DNA of 64,000 nt. Source: Chlorokybus atmophyticus. Taxonomy: Eukaryota; Plantae; Mesostigma and Chlorokybus algae. The DNA lies in NCBI GenBank assembly GCA_009103225.1, contig RHPI01003788.1, forward strand, positions 211,582-275,581. Direction: 5' to 3'. Each line of letters begins with the position of its first letter. Positions within the stretch are counted from its first letter, which is position 1. The notes beneath the pieces were generated by a model that was given only the letters and a program-made list of their open reading frames with translations, did not search any database and was not told where the DNA came from. A program made the translations under genes and the position numbers. Of this stretch, positions 20,706 through 32,504 are shown piece after piece.

Positions 20706-23700
20706 ATGGTTCGGCGCGGCGTGTCGAAGCTCGCCGACCCGGTGCATGACGACGTCGCCGAGCTGAGGTTGCAGCTGTCTGAGGCGCACGCGGCGCTTGC
20801 GAGGGTGGCCAGGCAAGAAGGCCTGTGCTCCGCCTGCAAGGCGCTCCTGCAGTCCCGCCTTAGACCACACCGCAGGGCGCTTCTGCTTGCTGAGAAGGAG
20901 GAGGAGGAGGAGGAGAGAAAGGAGGAAGAGGAGGGTTATGAGAATGAGGAGTATGGAGAGGAGGAGGAGTATAGGGAGGGTGACGGGGAGGAGTACGAGG
21001 AGGAGGAGGAGTATGCCGCCCCGCCTGCTTCGGTACTGCTGCTGTTTGTTGTTGCTGTTGCTGTTGTTGTTGTTGTTGTTGTTTCTGTCGCCGCTTTTGC
21101 TAGACTTGCTATGAAATGCTTGCATGTGATGCGTTACCAGTCATGGTTCATCCAGTCTGTACAAATACTTAAGACACAGTATTATCAATGATATACCATT
21201 ATATAACCATCCCTGGCCTCATGCATTGCAGTGTCGCCTTGCATCTTTTTTTATACCCTCTCTCTTTCTCTTCATCCGTTTTGTATGTACTCTATTCAAC
21301 ATGCAGAGTGCACGACGTGTTGATTCAGCACCCGCTGCCAAAGCCTCTCCTCAATTGCAGTCAAGGAAGTACGCCGCAGCACTACAAATCCACAACCAGC
21401 ATGAGGAAGGTGATTTGCTTTTATGTACTCTGTTTATGCTTGTGCGCACTCTCTTCTTGCGCTTGGGTGCATATTGTAAGCATACAGAACCGAACACGCA
21501 TTTGCATAAACTGTTGTACGCATATCTGCTTGGTTACTGCTTGGTTACTCTTAGTGTATGAGTATGTGTAACTGTGCTGTGAAGTCAATGCGAACACATA
21601 CTGCTGGCAGATGAAGAAGAAGCCCCCTCAACGAGACCGAGAGCAAGTGTGGTCGTGAGTAGGGATGTGCCGAGCCCGCTCACCGCCAGGGAGCGCGAGG
21701 AGGCGCGCAAGGCTGCCGTCATCAGCCGCAAGGACTTCGTGTGCTGGGAAAAGGTATTGTTGCTGCTGCTGCTGTTGTTGCGGTTGTCGTAGTATTGGAG
21801 GACGTGTACTTTGTACAGTTGCAACACCTTGTACGCATGTCTGCAGATACAAGCATGTGCACGTGCACGTGTGTGCGTGCAGGTTGTTGTGCTTGTGTGT
21901 GGGCATACACATACACAAGCATGACGCGTGTGTTCATCATGGGTCCAGTTGTATATGCGTCGCATACCTCTGTTGCTGCAGGTGGGTCGTCAAGGGATGA
22001 TCAACGTGGTAGAAGGCCTCGAGGTAACGGCTTCACGAATGCATAAGTGACTGGGTGAGTGATTGTGACAAGTCTTCTGTGCTTGGCAGCTTCATGAGAG
22101 AGTGCTGTCGAGGCCCGAACAAGACAAGCTCGTCAAGCTTGTGGAGTCTGAGGTCGAACGAGGCCGTGCGGGAGAGCTGAGGGGGAGGACGTTCTCCGAA
22201 CCGCGCAAGTGGATGCGCGGAAAGGTGCGTGTGCACGTGTAGTAGGTGGGTATGTGTGGGTGCGGCGTGCACGCGTTTGCATGTGCGCGTGCACACATAT
22301 GAGCACGTCTATGTGTGCGGGTGTGCATGCGCGTGTGAGGGTGTGCATGCGCGTGTGATTGTGTCCGTGCATAAGTGCGCGCATATGTATTTAGGCATGT
22401 GTGTGCGTGTTAGCGTTTGTGTGCATACTAGCACACATGCGCGTGGAGGCATGTGCATGTGGTTGTGCTTGTGTCTGTCTGTCTGTGGGTGCACACGTGC
22501 GCACATGCAAGTATGCGAGTCTCTCAGCCTCAACATTAATGCGCTCCATGTCATCTCTCCCTTGTTACTGCCTTGCTCAGGGTCGTGTGACGATCCAGTA
22601 CGGTTGCTGCTACAACTACGCTCAGGACAGCCAGGGCCGTCCCCCCGGCATTCTCCCCGAGGAAGTGGTCGAGCCCGTCCCGCGACTACTGCAGATGGTC
22701 ATCGAGCGACTCGTCAACTGGGGAATACTACCACAAAACAGGCAAGCACACAGGGAGTTTGAGTCGTTTGGAACCGAGCGTACCAGTACATCTGCATGCC
22801 AGTATATAACTGCCTTACTGACACCGGTATGTACTGGTGCCAGTAAGGCAGCAGTACATACTGGTGCCGTGATGCCAGTAAGGTTTTCCACTGGTATCAC
22901 CAATGCATCAGTATGTACCGATGCCATACTGGTAGCAGTATACTACACCTTGGTGCGGCGTGTACACAACAGCGATCCATTGAGTATAACACCCTGCTCT
23001 TCTCTCTCAGGAAGCCGGACACGTGCATCGTGAACGTGTACAGCGACGGCGACTGCATCCCTCCCCACATCGACCACCTCCACTTCCTCCGGCCCTTCTG
23101 CACGCTGTCCCTGGTGTCGGAGGCCGACATCGTGCTCGGGTCGCGGCTCGAAGTGATCGCGCCGGGACAGTTTGGAGGAGCGTTCGCGCTGCCGCTGCCG
23201 GTGGGGTCCGTGTGCATACTCAAGGGGAACGCAGCAGGCGAGTTGTGGATGGTTGTGGGTTGGGTTTTATGTGCAGTGTAATTCACGTGCATACACGCAC
23301 ACACGCACATGTGCACACGTTCACACACATGCACGCAAATACGCGTGCGTGCGTGCGTGTGCGCGCTCAGGTGTGCATGTTTGCATGTGTGGATCTCCAC
23401 GTGCGCAAGCTCCTGCAAATGCGTGCATGTGTAAAGGGGGGGGCCACATACTCACATGCACAGTCACACACCGGCACGCACGCACGCACACGCTAACTCG
23501 CACGCACATGCAGATGCATGCGCGCTGACGCATCTGTAGAGATTCATGCAAAGCAAGACATGCGTGACACATGCACACTCATTCTCTCTGCTTGGCAGAT
23601 GTGGCGAAGCACTGCATCCCCGCCGTGCCCCACAGGCGGATATCCGTGACCTTCCGCAAGATGTCGGCGCCGTTCGACGAGTTGGTCGCATCTGCCGCCC

Positions 23701-24036
23701 GCACAAGACAGCCAACAATAATACAAAAACACACTACCAACAACAACAACGTGTCCGACACCCAGCGAAACCCGCCATTGACATCGAGGCCGCGCTCCCG
23801 CAACGGCTACCCACCCGACACGAACGGGCGATATCAACAACACTCCACAAGGTATTGTATTGTTCTTTGTTGCGATGGGTCGGTTATACGGTTGATATGT
23901 GACTGATATGTTTGTTGATATTAGGGATGCGCCTGATGAGGCCATCATGCTGAATCCGCGCGCCGTCCCATGGGACAGCGATATCGCCGCACGGCAGAAT
24001 GGACCCAACTCGCGACGATATTCACGAGCCCTTTGA
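20706..24036 (+). CDS. ALKBH9: AlkB-family 2OG-Fe(II) dioxygenase, ALKBH9-like (putative m6A RNA demethylase), 9 exons
   Basis: RKDFVCWEK, LRGRTFSEPRKWMRGKGRVTIQYGCCYNYA, PDTCIVNVYSDGDCIPPHIDH (HxD), RPFCTLSL, DVAKHCIPAV (H) and RRISVTFRKM. The N-terminal GLCSACKALLQSRL resembles plant ALKBH9. ALKBH9 versus ALKBH10 assignment needs a phylogeny. Confidence 0.88.
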
Positions 24037-24791
24037 TAAGTTTCATTAGTTTGGAGTGTACAATACGAGCATGCAGCTGCTGTTGCACAGACTGTTTTAT
24101 AAGAGGTCTTGTGCGAGAGAAAAGCTCCCGTAGTTTTGGCAGGCACAGTTCCAGCGTCCATTGTACTTGTATGTCTAGACTTTGGTTGTCGTTGTTGTCA
24201 TTATTCTTTATGTGCTACAGCACTGTCCCCCGTGGTGTGGTACAGAATTGCCGCAATTGCAAAGCTTAAAAGCGGTGTTTTGGGCAAAGGTGACCTGTGG
24301 TACTGTCGATAGATGAGAGCCACAATGTACAACATCACTTGATCAAAAATGTGCGTGCGACGACATGCATGTACGCTGCCAGGTATGTGCGTACACCACA
24401 TGCATGTGCGCGCACCACATGCATGTGCGCTGCCAGGTACTATTGAACATGCCAGACTGCGAAAAACAGAACAAGCACCACACTGGCCTGCTGCATGGGC
24501 AACTTCAACTCTGCCATATGACATGAAGCTAACTAAGCGCGTACACACGCACGAGCACACGCACGCGCGCATGCCCCCTAATTGAAGCAACGTCGACCGC
24601 TGCAAACACAACCCTCGGACTATTTTTGATGCTGCGTGTTTGTAGTAGTTGTATCCTTTTAGGTGAGGTGTAGTAAAGATGACCAATTTTGCATACGCGG
24701 GGCAATTGTTGCCTTTTGGGTGAGATGTCCTCTCAAACCACGAAGCAACATAGAGTGGGGCGTGAGAAAGACATGGCAATAGTGTTGTGTG

Positions 24792-27424
24792 TCATGCTCC
24801 GGGCGGCGGGACTTCAATGTTGGGCCACTCGCCGCCGCAGCCGAGCCTGACATACAGCGACTTCTTGCCTGCGTGAAGCGTACATGGGTTGGTGTGTGAA
24901 TGGTTGTTTTGTGAATGGATGATATACTCGGAGAGCACGATGTTTGTGGCAAATTGGGCTTACTGATGAGTGAGGCGTCGCGCTCAATGATGGCCTTCAC
25001 CGCGGTGAGCACGCCTTCCACCGCCAGCTGCGTCACATCGTCCTCCCACCTGATGTGATACTCATGTGTGACACGCACGCATGTAAACACATGTGCGCTA
25101 TATTGAAGCACATTTACATGCATGTATGGACCATATTTTCAACAGTGCTGATATCAAAGGAACAAAATCATCTACTGTGTGCACAGGTTGTACCATGCAT
25201 GCAAGTGTATGCGTACATGTACATATCTGCACACATGGTGAAAAAGCACACATGCCACTTGCCTTTCATCTGAGGGCGCCTCAAGCCTCACCCTTGCTTC
25301 CGCCTTCCAATAAGCCGCTTCTTCATCAATTGGCACCCCTGTCAAGGTAGTCGTATCTGTTAACCACCAGAACCCTTTACTGCTGAGTGCCCAACATGTG
25401 TTGTGAACAGACATGCCTTCTGGTTGAAGCCACACGCACACGCCGCCGTGCAGATGTCGCCAGCAGCCCTCTTTCGAAGCCGCGCCGGCACCACGCGTCA
25501 TCACCAAGCAGCGCACGTACCTGCTCAATGAACTGAACCAGTTGAAACACGTACACCCAGGCACACGCACTCTCACACTTGCATACATCCACGTGCACAC
25601 GCACGCACACGCGCATGCGCACACGCACACGTGTGCATACACACGTTACAGCATGGACAATTTGCCAATCTAGGCAATTGTGAACAACAAAGTGGCATGA
25701 CACTCACTGGCTTAGGGATGTGAACACGTCCGCTTCAGCTGCAGACAGCTCCTCTTCCTGCACTGCGCCAGTGCGTGAGATTCTATGTGATGATGTGCAC
25801 ATCTCCACAATCGTCTAAACTTCCCTCCTATATAAGATGAAATGAAGCGTACTTTGCTGTGAAGAGGAGGCTGTTGCAGCATCCAGAAGCACCCGCGTGC
25901 TAAGCGGGACGTACCTGGGGAATGATCTCACATCAGCATGCACACATGTAAACTGCACGCAATAAGACGTGTGCACAAGCATGATTGTGCCAACATATTT
26001 GCACATGGCCATGCATAGGTAATCAACTTCATGCGCCCGTGCCCGTGCCCGTGCCCGTGCCCGCCCGTGCCCGTGCCCACGCACACGCGTGCACCCATGC
26101 CTGCATACACATGTCCACCCAAGTGTATGCAGGTGGGTGTGCATGTGGGTGCGTATGCATGCATGGTTGTACTTGTGTGGCTGCACACGTGTACGTGCAC
26201 ACGCGCGCACGTAGCCATGCATGGCGCACACGCAGGCGTGAAGCCATCAACACGCAAAGTCGTACCAACATTTTCTACGATATGCCATCCTATCCTTGCG
26301 CACATGCCAACAAAGACTTCCAACACCGCGCCACACACGCATCGACGTGTGTCTTTGATGCGATGTGCTCACCGCAAGAAGGGTGCTGTGGCGTTGCCGA
26401 CGTGCTCGATGAGTGCGGAGTCCGGCCCGACAAGCACCACGTTAACGCTGGACAGCAGATCGGCGACCTCAACGCCCAGCGCCTGCGTGCGCTGTGAGCA
26501 AATAGTTGCAACATATGCATGTGCATGTGCGCGCCTGCGTGTCTGTATGCGGAAGGGNNNNNNNNNNNNNNNNNNNNNNNNNNNNNNNNNNNNNNNNNNN
26601 NNNNNNNNNNNNNNNNNNNNNNNNNNNNNNNNNNNNNNNNNNNNNNNNNNNNNNNNNNNNNNNNNNNNNNNNNNNNNNNNNNNNNNNNNNNNNNNNNNNN
26701 NNNNNNNNNNNNNNNNNNNNNNNNNNNNNNNNNNNNNNNNNNNNNNNNNNNNNNGGGGGATGATATATACCTTGTACGCGCATTCACATGCGCGCGCACA
26801 CGCACACGTGCGGCACGTCTGCACATGTGCAAGCTTGCGTGCATACGCGCGAGCGTGCATGCGCGTGTACACGTGTGCCCGTATGCGTATGTGCCGCGGG
26901 GGCGTGCTTGCATGCAAGGTATGGGCACGATGTTTGCATTTGAGCACAAGTCGACCAGAGCATTGTGTGCGCCAGTGCGTCTGTATCCGCTTGTATACGT
27001 GCATACAGGCGCATTTGTCGATACAGTGTGGGATAATATCTGCCAGTACACTGTCGGAGACAGTTCTTGTACACAATGACACATTTGTGTGGCAATGATA
27101 TACTTGTACACTTCCTGTGCCACTGTTGTTGCTCTCAGCACTCCTCACCTTTACCCTATCTGCGGCGCTCAGAGGCGCCCTCCTCCCATCTTTTGGCTTC
27201 CCAAACCCCCCACCTCCTCCTCCACCTCCACCTCCACCTCCGCCTCCTCCCCTCGCTTCCATCCTCGCCGCACGCCGCCGTGTTCTTGCCGGCGGTGGCA
27301 GCGCAGGGACCATCATTTGCCTGGTGCATGGAGTACAAGAATACGATAGTAAACGTAGCCTGGCCGACAATGCGGCGTGTGACGACGAGGATGGCAACAC
27401 TGCCGTCGCCGCCGCCGCCGCCAT
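24792..27424 (-). CDS. Shikimate kinase-like protein (SKL1-like, probably inactive, plastid-targeted)
   Basis: Ala/Ser/Arg-rich transit-like N-terminus, then VADLLSSVNVVLVGPDSAL, YVPLSTRVLL, AEADVFTSLS, YVRCLVMTRGAGAASKEGCWRHLHGGVCVWL, AYWKAEARVRL and C-terminal KKSLYVRLGCGGEWPNI. Exon 2 is uncertain because of the gap at 26558-26754. Confidence 0.7.
26558..26754. other. Assembly gap (N run)
   Basis: Seen directly. Confidence 1.
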
Positions 27425-27714
27425 GACAAACGCCTGCGCCTTCTCTGTGTTTTGGTTTGTCACTTGTGCCTTGGCTTTTTTGTTTGCAATCCCCCGATTA
27501 CGCTTCCTTGCAGCGTGACTTGGATACGGCATATATCTTCAGACGACGTAACTCGTAATCAGTGACGTAACGAGATCTGTCTGCCAGGTTGGCAACGGCC
27601 ACGTGGCAGCATAGTGGCATTGTGGTTGGCGGCGGTGGCGGTGGTGGTTGACGTGTGTTGTGGCTGCTACGAGGCGAGCACGGCAGCAGCAGCGAGCTTG
27701 CCTGACGCCGCCGC

Positions 27715-29234
27715 ATGGCGTCGCTGAGGGCTTCGGCCTCTACAGTCAGGCGGGCGATTGTGACAAGATTAGGGGTTAGCTTAGGCTCCACCACCTCCTC
27801 CTCCTCTTCTTCCTCCTCCTTCTCGTCGTCGTTAGAGGCGTTGGGTACGGTTAGACTCTATGCTACAGATAGCGGCGAGGCGCAGAAGCATGCGCACACG
27901 CCGCTCATACGGTTCCCTGCAAGGCGGGGCACACTCGGCAAAGCAGGTGCACTACTACATCTATCAGTTTTCGTGTGCATCAGTGCGTTTAGCATTGTAC
28001 AGCATAGAATGCAACATGAAATATTGAGACGGTTTGCCAAGGCTGCTCTTATTTATTATGTCGGAAATGCGCTTTCTGCTTGTCTGCATGTTGTGTGCAT
28101 GCCCAATAGTAGTTTCATGCTAGACTTATACATGTCACTACGACGGAGGAATGCAGCATTGCGATTGTCGTAAGCTACTTGGTGAAGATTGTGCGTAAGC
28201 ATTGTGGCATCCCTCGTGCATTGCATGGTTCATGAGCATCATCCATTGCATGACAGCGACGCCCGCGAAGCATGATATAAAAAATTGCTAGTATCATCGA
28301 TGTTTGTACAATGTTTACAACATAGTGCTGTCAATACTGATCATGAAGGATCAGTACGAAGATTTGACGCTTCCTGCGCTTGTAACATGATGCCATTATT
28401 AGTTGCTGAGTTCTTATGAGTGCACACATGGCATTGAACTGCCACGAGTAGACTTGATATGAGGATGACTCAAGGGTATCGCGAATTCTGCACGCGCGCG
28501 CGTGTGTGCATGCATATGTGCATGCACAATGTGCGTGTGCGTGAACTGTGTTTGCATGTATACGTGGGTGAGCGTTCATCTCTTGACCGTTGTTGTAGTG
28601 GCGAACTAGCTGTTGCTGCTTGTCAAGGCAGCCTCCGTTATTGTATATCACACACCTCACCCTCACTTCAAACAACACGACATTGGTAAAGCACTTGTGG
28701 CAATGACATGACAGCAAGCAGCTGCAATACGACTACGTTCAGGATGAGTATGACTTATTTCAACAAGACTGACTAAGTTTCTGTTCTGACCTCTGCTCTT
28801 CTTTTGTTACACAGCTCTTAGTGAGACAGACACCCCTCAGATGGCTTCCGTGCGCGCAGCCGAGGCCGCTCTAGACTCGGGCCCAACAACCTCATCATCA
28901 CCATCATCATCATCATCCTCACAACCAAGCACACCAACATCAACTTCAACAACACCAGCATCCACGCCACAGTCGATTAGGTTGAGCTCGCCTTATGATG
29001 ACCCGTACGAGCGGTTGGCCCTTTCAGAAGAGGAGATCGCTGCAATTGAGGTGAGCTGATGTTGGTATGTTGTTATAATGTCTTACTGAATTTGTTGTCT
29101 TACTCCTTTCAGTGTGATGGTAGTGATCACCATTTGCTGTGGATAACTGACTCTTTTGTGCTTGTGTGCAGTCTGGTGGAGCGTTTATCGGTTCTACAGC
29201 ACCACCTACCAAAGCCGCGCGCGCTCAGAAGTAG
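27715..29234 (+). CDS. KGD4/MRPS36-like mitochondrial 2-oxoglutarate dehydrogenase adaptor, 3 exons
   Basis: Presequence-like MASLRASASTVRRAIVTR, N-terminal HTPLIRFPARRG, a Ser/Thr/Pro linker and C-terminal RLALSEEEIAAIE|SGGA. This is the two-motif layout of KGD4/MRPS36. Confidence 0.75.
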
Positions 29235-29936
29235 TGCTGCACTGCACCTGTTGTGTAGTATTGTGTTGACCATATTCATGTACTAGTAGACATATATAAT
29301 GCGCACCATTTACAAACAATATTCGTGCAAAGATAATTGAGTCCAGTACGTGTTGAGGAACACATGTGAGCAAACACCAAAGACTCCTCCTCCCCCTGGA
29401 TCCTGTACACACATACACACAAGCAAACACATAGGTGTGCATATACCAGCGCCGTGGTGCAGGTAACTCAATGCATGCATGCATGCTGGTCCAACGGGGG
29501 TCAGGGCAGTAGTGAAGCTAGGTAGTGAGTTAGTGGTTGACTTGGTGTAGCCCGGTGGTTAACAAGCTTGTTAGTGAATGTTGCCGCCGTGCTTTGCGTT
29601 TGCATGTGTGCTGTGGATTGCATGTGTCATGGTCATATGCATCACATTGCACACTTTGTATACATCTACATGCAAATCAACCGGTCTTGGTCTTTGTGTC
29701 TGTATTCCCCACCGCATCAGAGGAGTCATTTTGCCGCCTACCTACCATGATAGCCAACGATACATAACAAAATTGTTGGATTATCATGTATGCAGCCTGT
29801 TTTGACGGAATCTTCGCCTATTCTGATGTTCAGAAGCCTCAACAAAAGGGGAGGCTCGGGGTAGACATGTCCCCACCCTAACTGTGTACTTTTATTGATA
29901 ATACTACATCCACTACTGATAACTTCCATGCAGCTT

Positions 29937-32504
29937 TTATGCTGCTGCAGAGGGGCAGTTTTTCACCCCGCAAATGCTGAATTCCTGCACTTGGCAATGC
30001 GCTTCCGACCCGTAATAAGGGCATATGTTTAGCGCAGCCGAAACCTGCACACAACAAAGCATCAACATTAACTTCGTATGCAAGTCAACACAGCATATCA
30101 TCCCACACACAAGCACACATGCCTTGCCGATGATGGCGTTTGTGTTGACGCTCCCATTGTTGGATTCGGTGGCTCTGTACACTTTAGACTTGGCGGGGTT
30201 AAGACCGAACGGCCAATGAACGAATTGCTTGCCATCGTTTTCGACAATCGCACTCGCTGGCGCGGGCGCGTTGGCTGCGAGCAGTACATGCGTGTGTGTA
30301 CTTGTGCGCACGTGCGTAGGTGGATGGGTGTGCGTGCATGTACGTGTGATCATGTGCGTACATGTGTGCATGCGCATGTGCACGCCTGTCTGCGTGCGCA
30401 TGCTTGCGTATGTGTCCGTGTCTGTGCGCGTACGCATACGCATACGCACACATGCACACAAACGTGTGCATGTGTGTTGCATTGGTTGCCAAAACAAGAC
30501 AAGTTGAGAATATCGACTTGTGTAGTGTGATCACACATCACTTGCCTGTGCAGGAACCGCCTACTTCAAGCTTGGCATAGTGAACACTCGCTTTGATGCT
30601 CGCATCACCCGTGACGCTCAGACGCGTCTCATACGAAGAAGTTGAAGGGTACACCACATAGGCATTGGCTGCACAGAGACACAACCACATCAGTAACACA
30701 CACACGCTACACAAACGACACAACATAACCACAACCCCACACGTGCGCACCTTGTATGCCGCGTATCAGCTGCACCCGTGACGATATCGGTACGAGAGCA
30801 CACTCAACATCCTTTCCGCTCCTTACGGCGTTGATATCTTGATCATCCGAGTGATGATTCACCCCACTCATATCGGGACACCCTCTCACTCTCCCGCCGG
30901 GGAACACGTACACGTCCACACCTTTACCCAACAACTGGTCGTTGGTGAGGTTGACGAGTCGGTTGCCCGTAAACACACACTCTCTCAACACCACTTCACC
31001 GCTCGGACTATTATTGTTGTTGTTGTTGTTGGGTACAACAACACTCCCAACCGATATCGCACCCCCGAGTCCTCCATACCCAAACCGTGTTGTTTGACAC
31101 ACGCGCGACCCATCCGGTGCGTTCACGCACTCCTCGCACGGGTTGTTGCGTGTGGCTTTGGCCCTGTTGTTGACGAATGCACAACCAAACAGGAATGCTT
31201 TCGCTGATGAGAGGATGTTGATGGCGCCGCCACGAACAGACGTGTTGTTGAAGAAGGTGGTACGGTGGGCGATGAGGATCCCGCCATCGAGAAGCTGCAC
31301 GGCGCCGCCGCCGTCACCGCTGCGAGAGGGACCCTGTGGATGAAGAGAGGTGCAAGAGAGTAAGGTTGGGGAGAAGACATGTGGCTGAGGGGTGTGTGTA
31401 AGGGTAGGTGGGGGCATGCGCAAGCGCGCTTGTTTGGGTATGTGCGTGTAAGTGCGTGTGTATGTGCGTGTGCATCTGCATCATGTGAGACTGTCTGTGT
31501 GCGCGTATGCGTGTGTGCACATGTGCATGCGAGGTATGTGAGAGTGAGCACGAGTGTCAATAGCGCGCACATATACAGTACGTACAGCCTTCACCACAAA
31601 ACTCCACTTACACAGTAGTAGTCTCCATTGTCCACATCATCTCCAAACCCTTCAACCCTGACATCCACAAGCCTCAACGTCGCCCTATAGACATAAAACA
31701 GCCCCCCAAACCTCGTCGCCCCCAGTCGTCTGATCGCTTTCACCCCCCCGCACCCACGCACAGTCACGAGGCGGGGCTTCCCGTCCAGAGTCTGATAAGC
31801 AGAGAAGCGGGGGTCCTGGTTGGGAGTGAGGCCGAAGTGGATGTCAACTGTTAAGATGATGTCGAGGGAAGGGCAACGGTAGAGCTGACGGTTGATGTCG
31901 CGGAAGTCCGAAGCAGAGGTGGGCCAGACTGTGTGTGTGTGAGCAGAGAAATTGTGTGTGGATATGTGTGCGTTTGTGTGGGTGGAAGGGTAGGTGGGTG
32001 GGATGGAGAAAGGAGGATGCTTGTTTTAGATGTACAGGTAAACACGCACACACGTACACACATGCTCACACACTCTATACTATTCTGTGTACACACTTGT
32101 GAGTACTGTACTTACATGTGCATTCCGGGGTGGCGGCAGGTGGTACAGGGAGTCCTGAGACATACACAGGTTTACACACTCAGTCAGCCAAAATACACAA
32201 GCTCTTTCTTGCCCTGTTACGCTTTGCCTTGTCGCTTTGTGTGTGTTGCGAGTGTACGGTAGCCTTGCCTGGGATGACCACGTCGTCGTCAGCGGCGGCG
32301 AGGGCGGTAGGCAGGGCACCGCAGAGCAGAGTGGCGACGACAAGGACAGCGATGACAGCCATGTCCACCTGCTTAGAGACACAGACACCAAGGCATCTTA
32401 GAAGGCATGCAACCCTCACGTGCAAACTCAGGTATATCAACCTCTCTCACCCGCTGTTTGTCACAGCGGCGAGCCGCCTTCAGCTCTACCAAGGACGGCG
32501 CCAT
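29937..32504 (-). CDS. Secreted right-handed beta-helix (pectin lyase-like / POMP GGAI-FxxN repeat) protein with Cys-containing C-terminal domain
   Basis: Hydrophobic MAVIAVLVVATLLCGALPTALAA (alternative start 32362), then GGGAVQL, TFFNNTSVRGGAINI, CAFVNNRA, GGLGGAISV and CVFTGNR. The exons join in frame to TAA at 29937-29939. Confidence 0.7.

Noticed and set aside
31690-31720. Apparent frameshift in beta-helix exon 3, and a similar one in PMS1 near 17530
   Set aside because: Recounting the G/C runs shows both exons are in frame.
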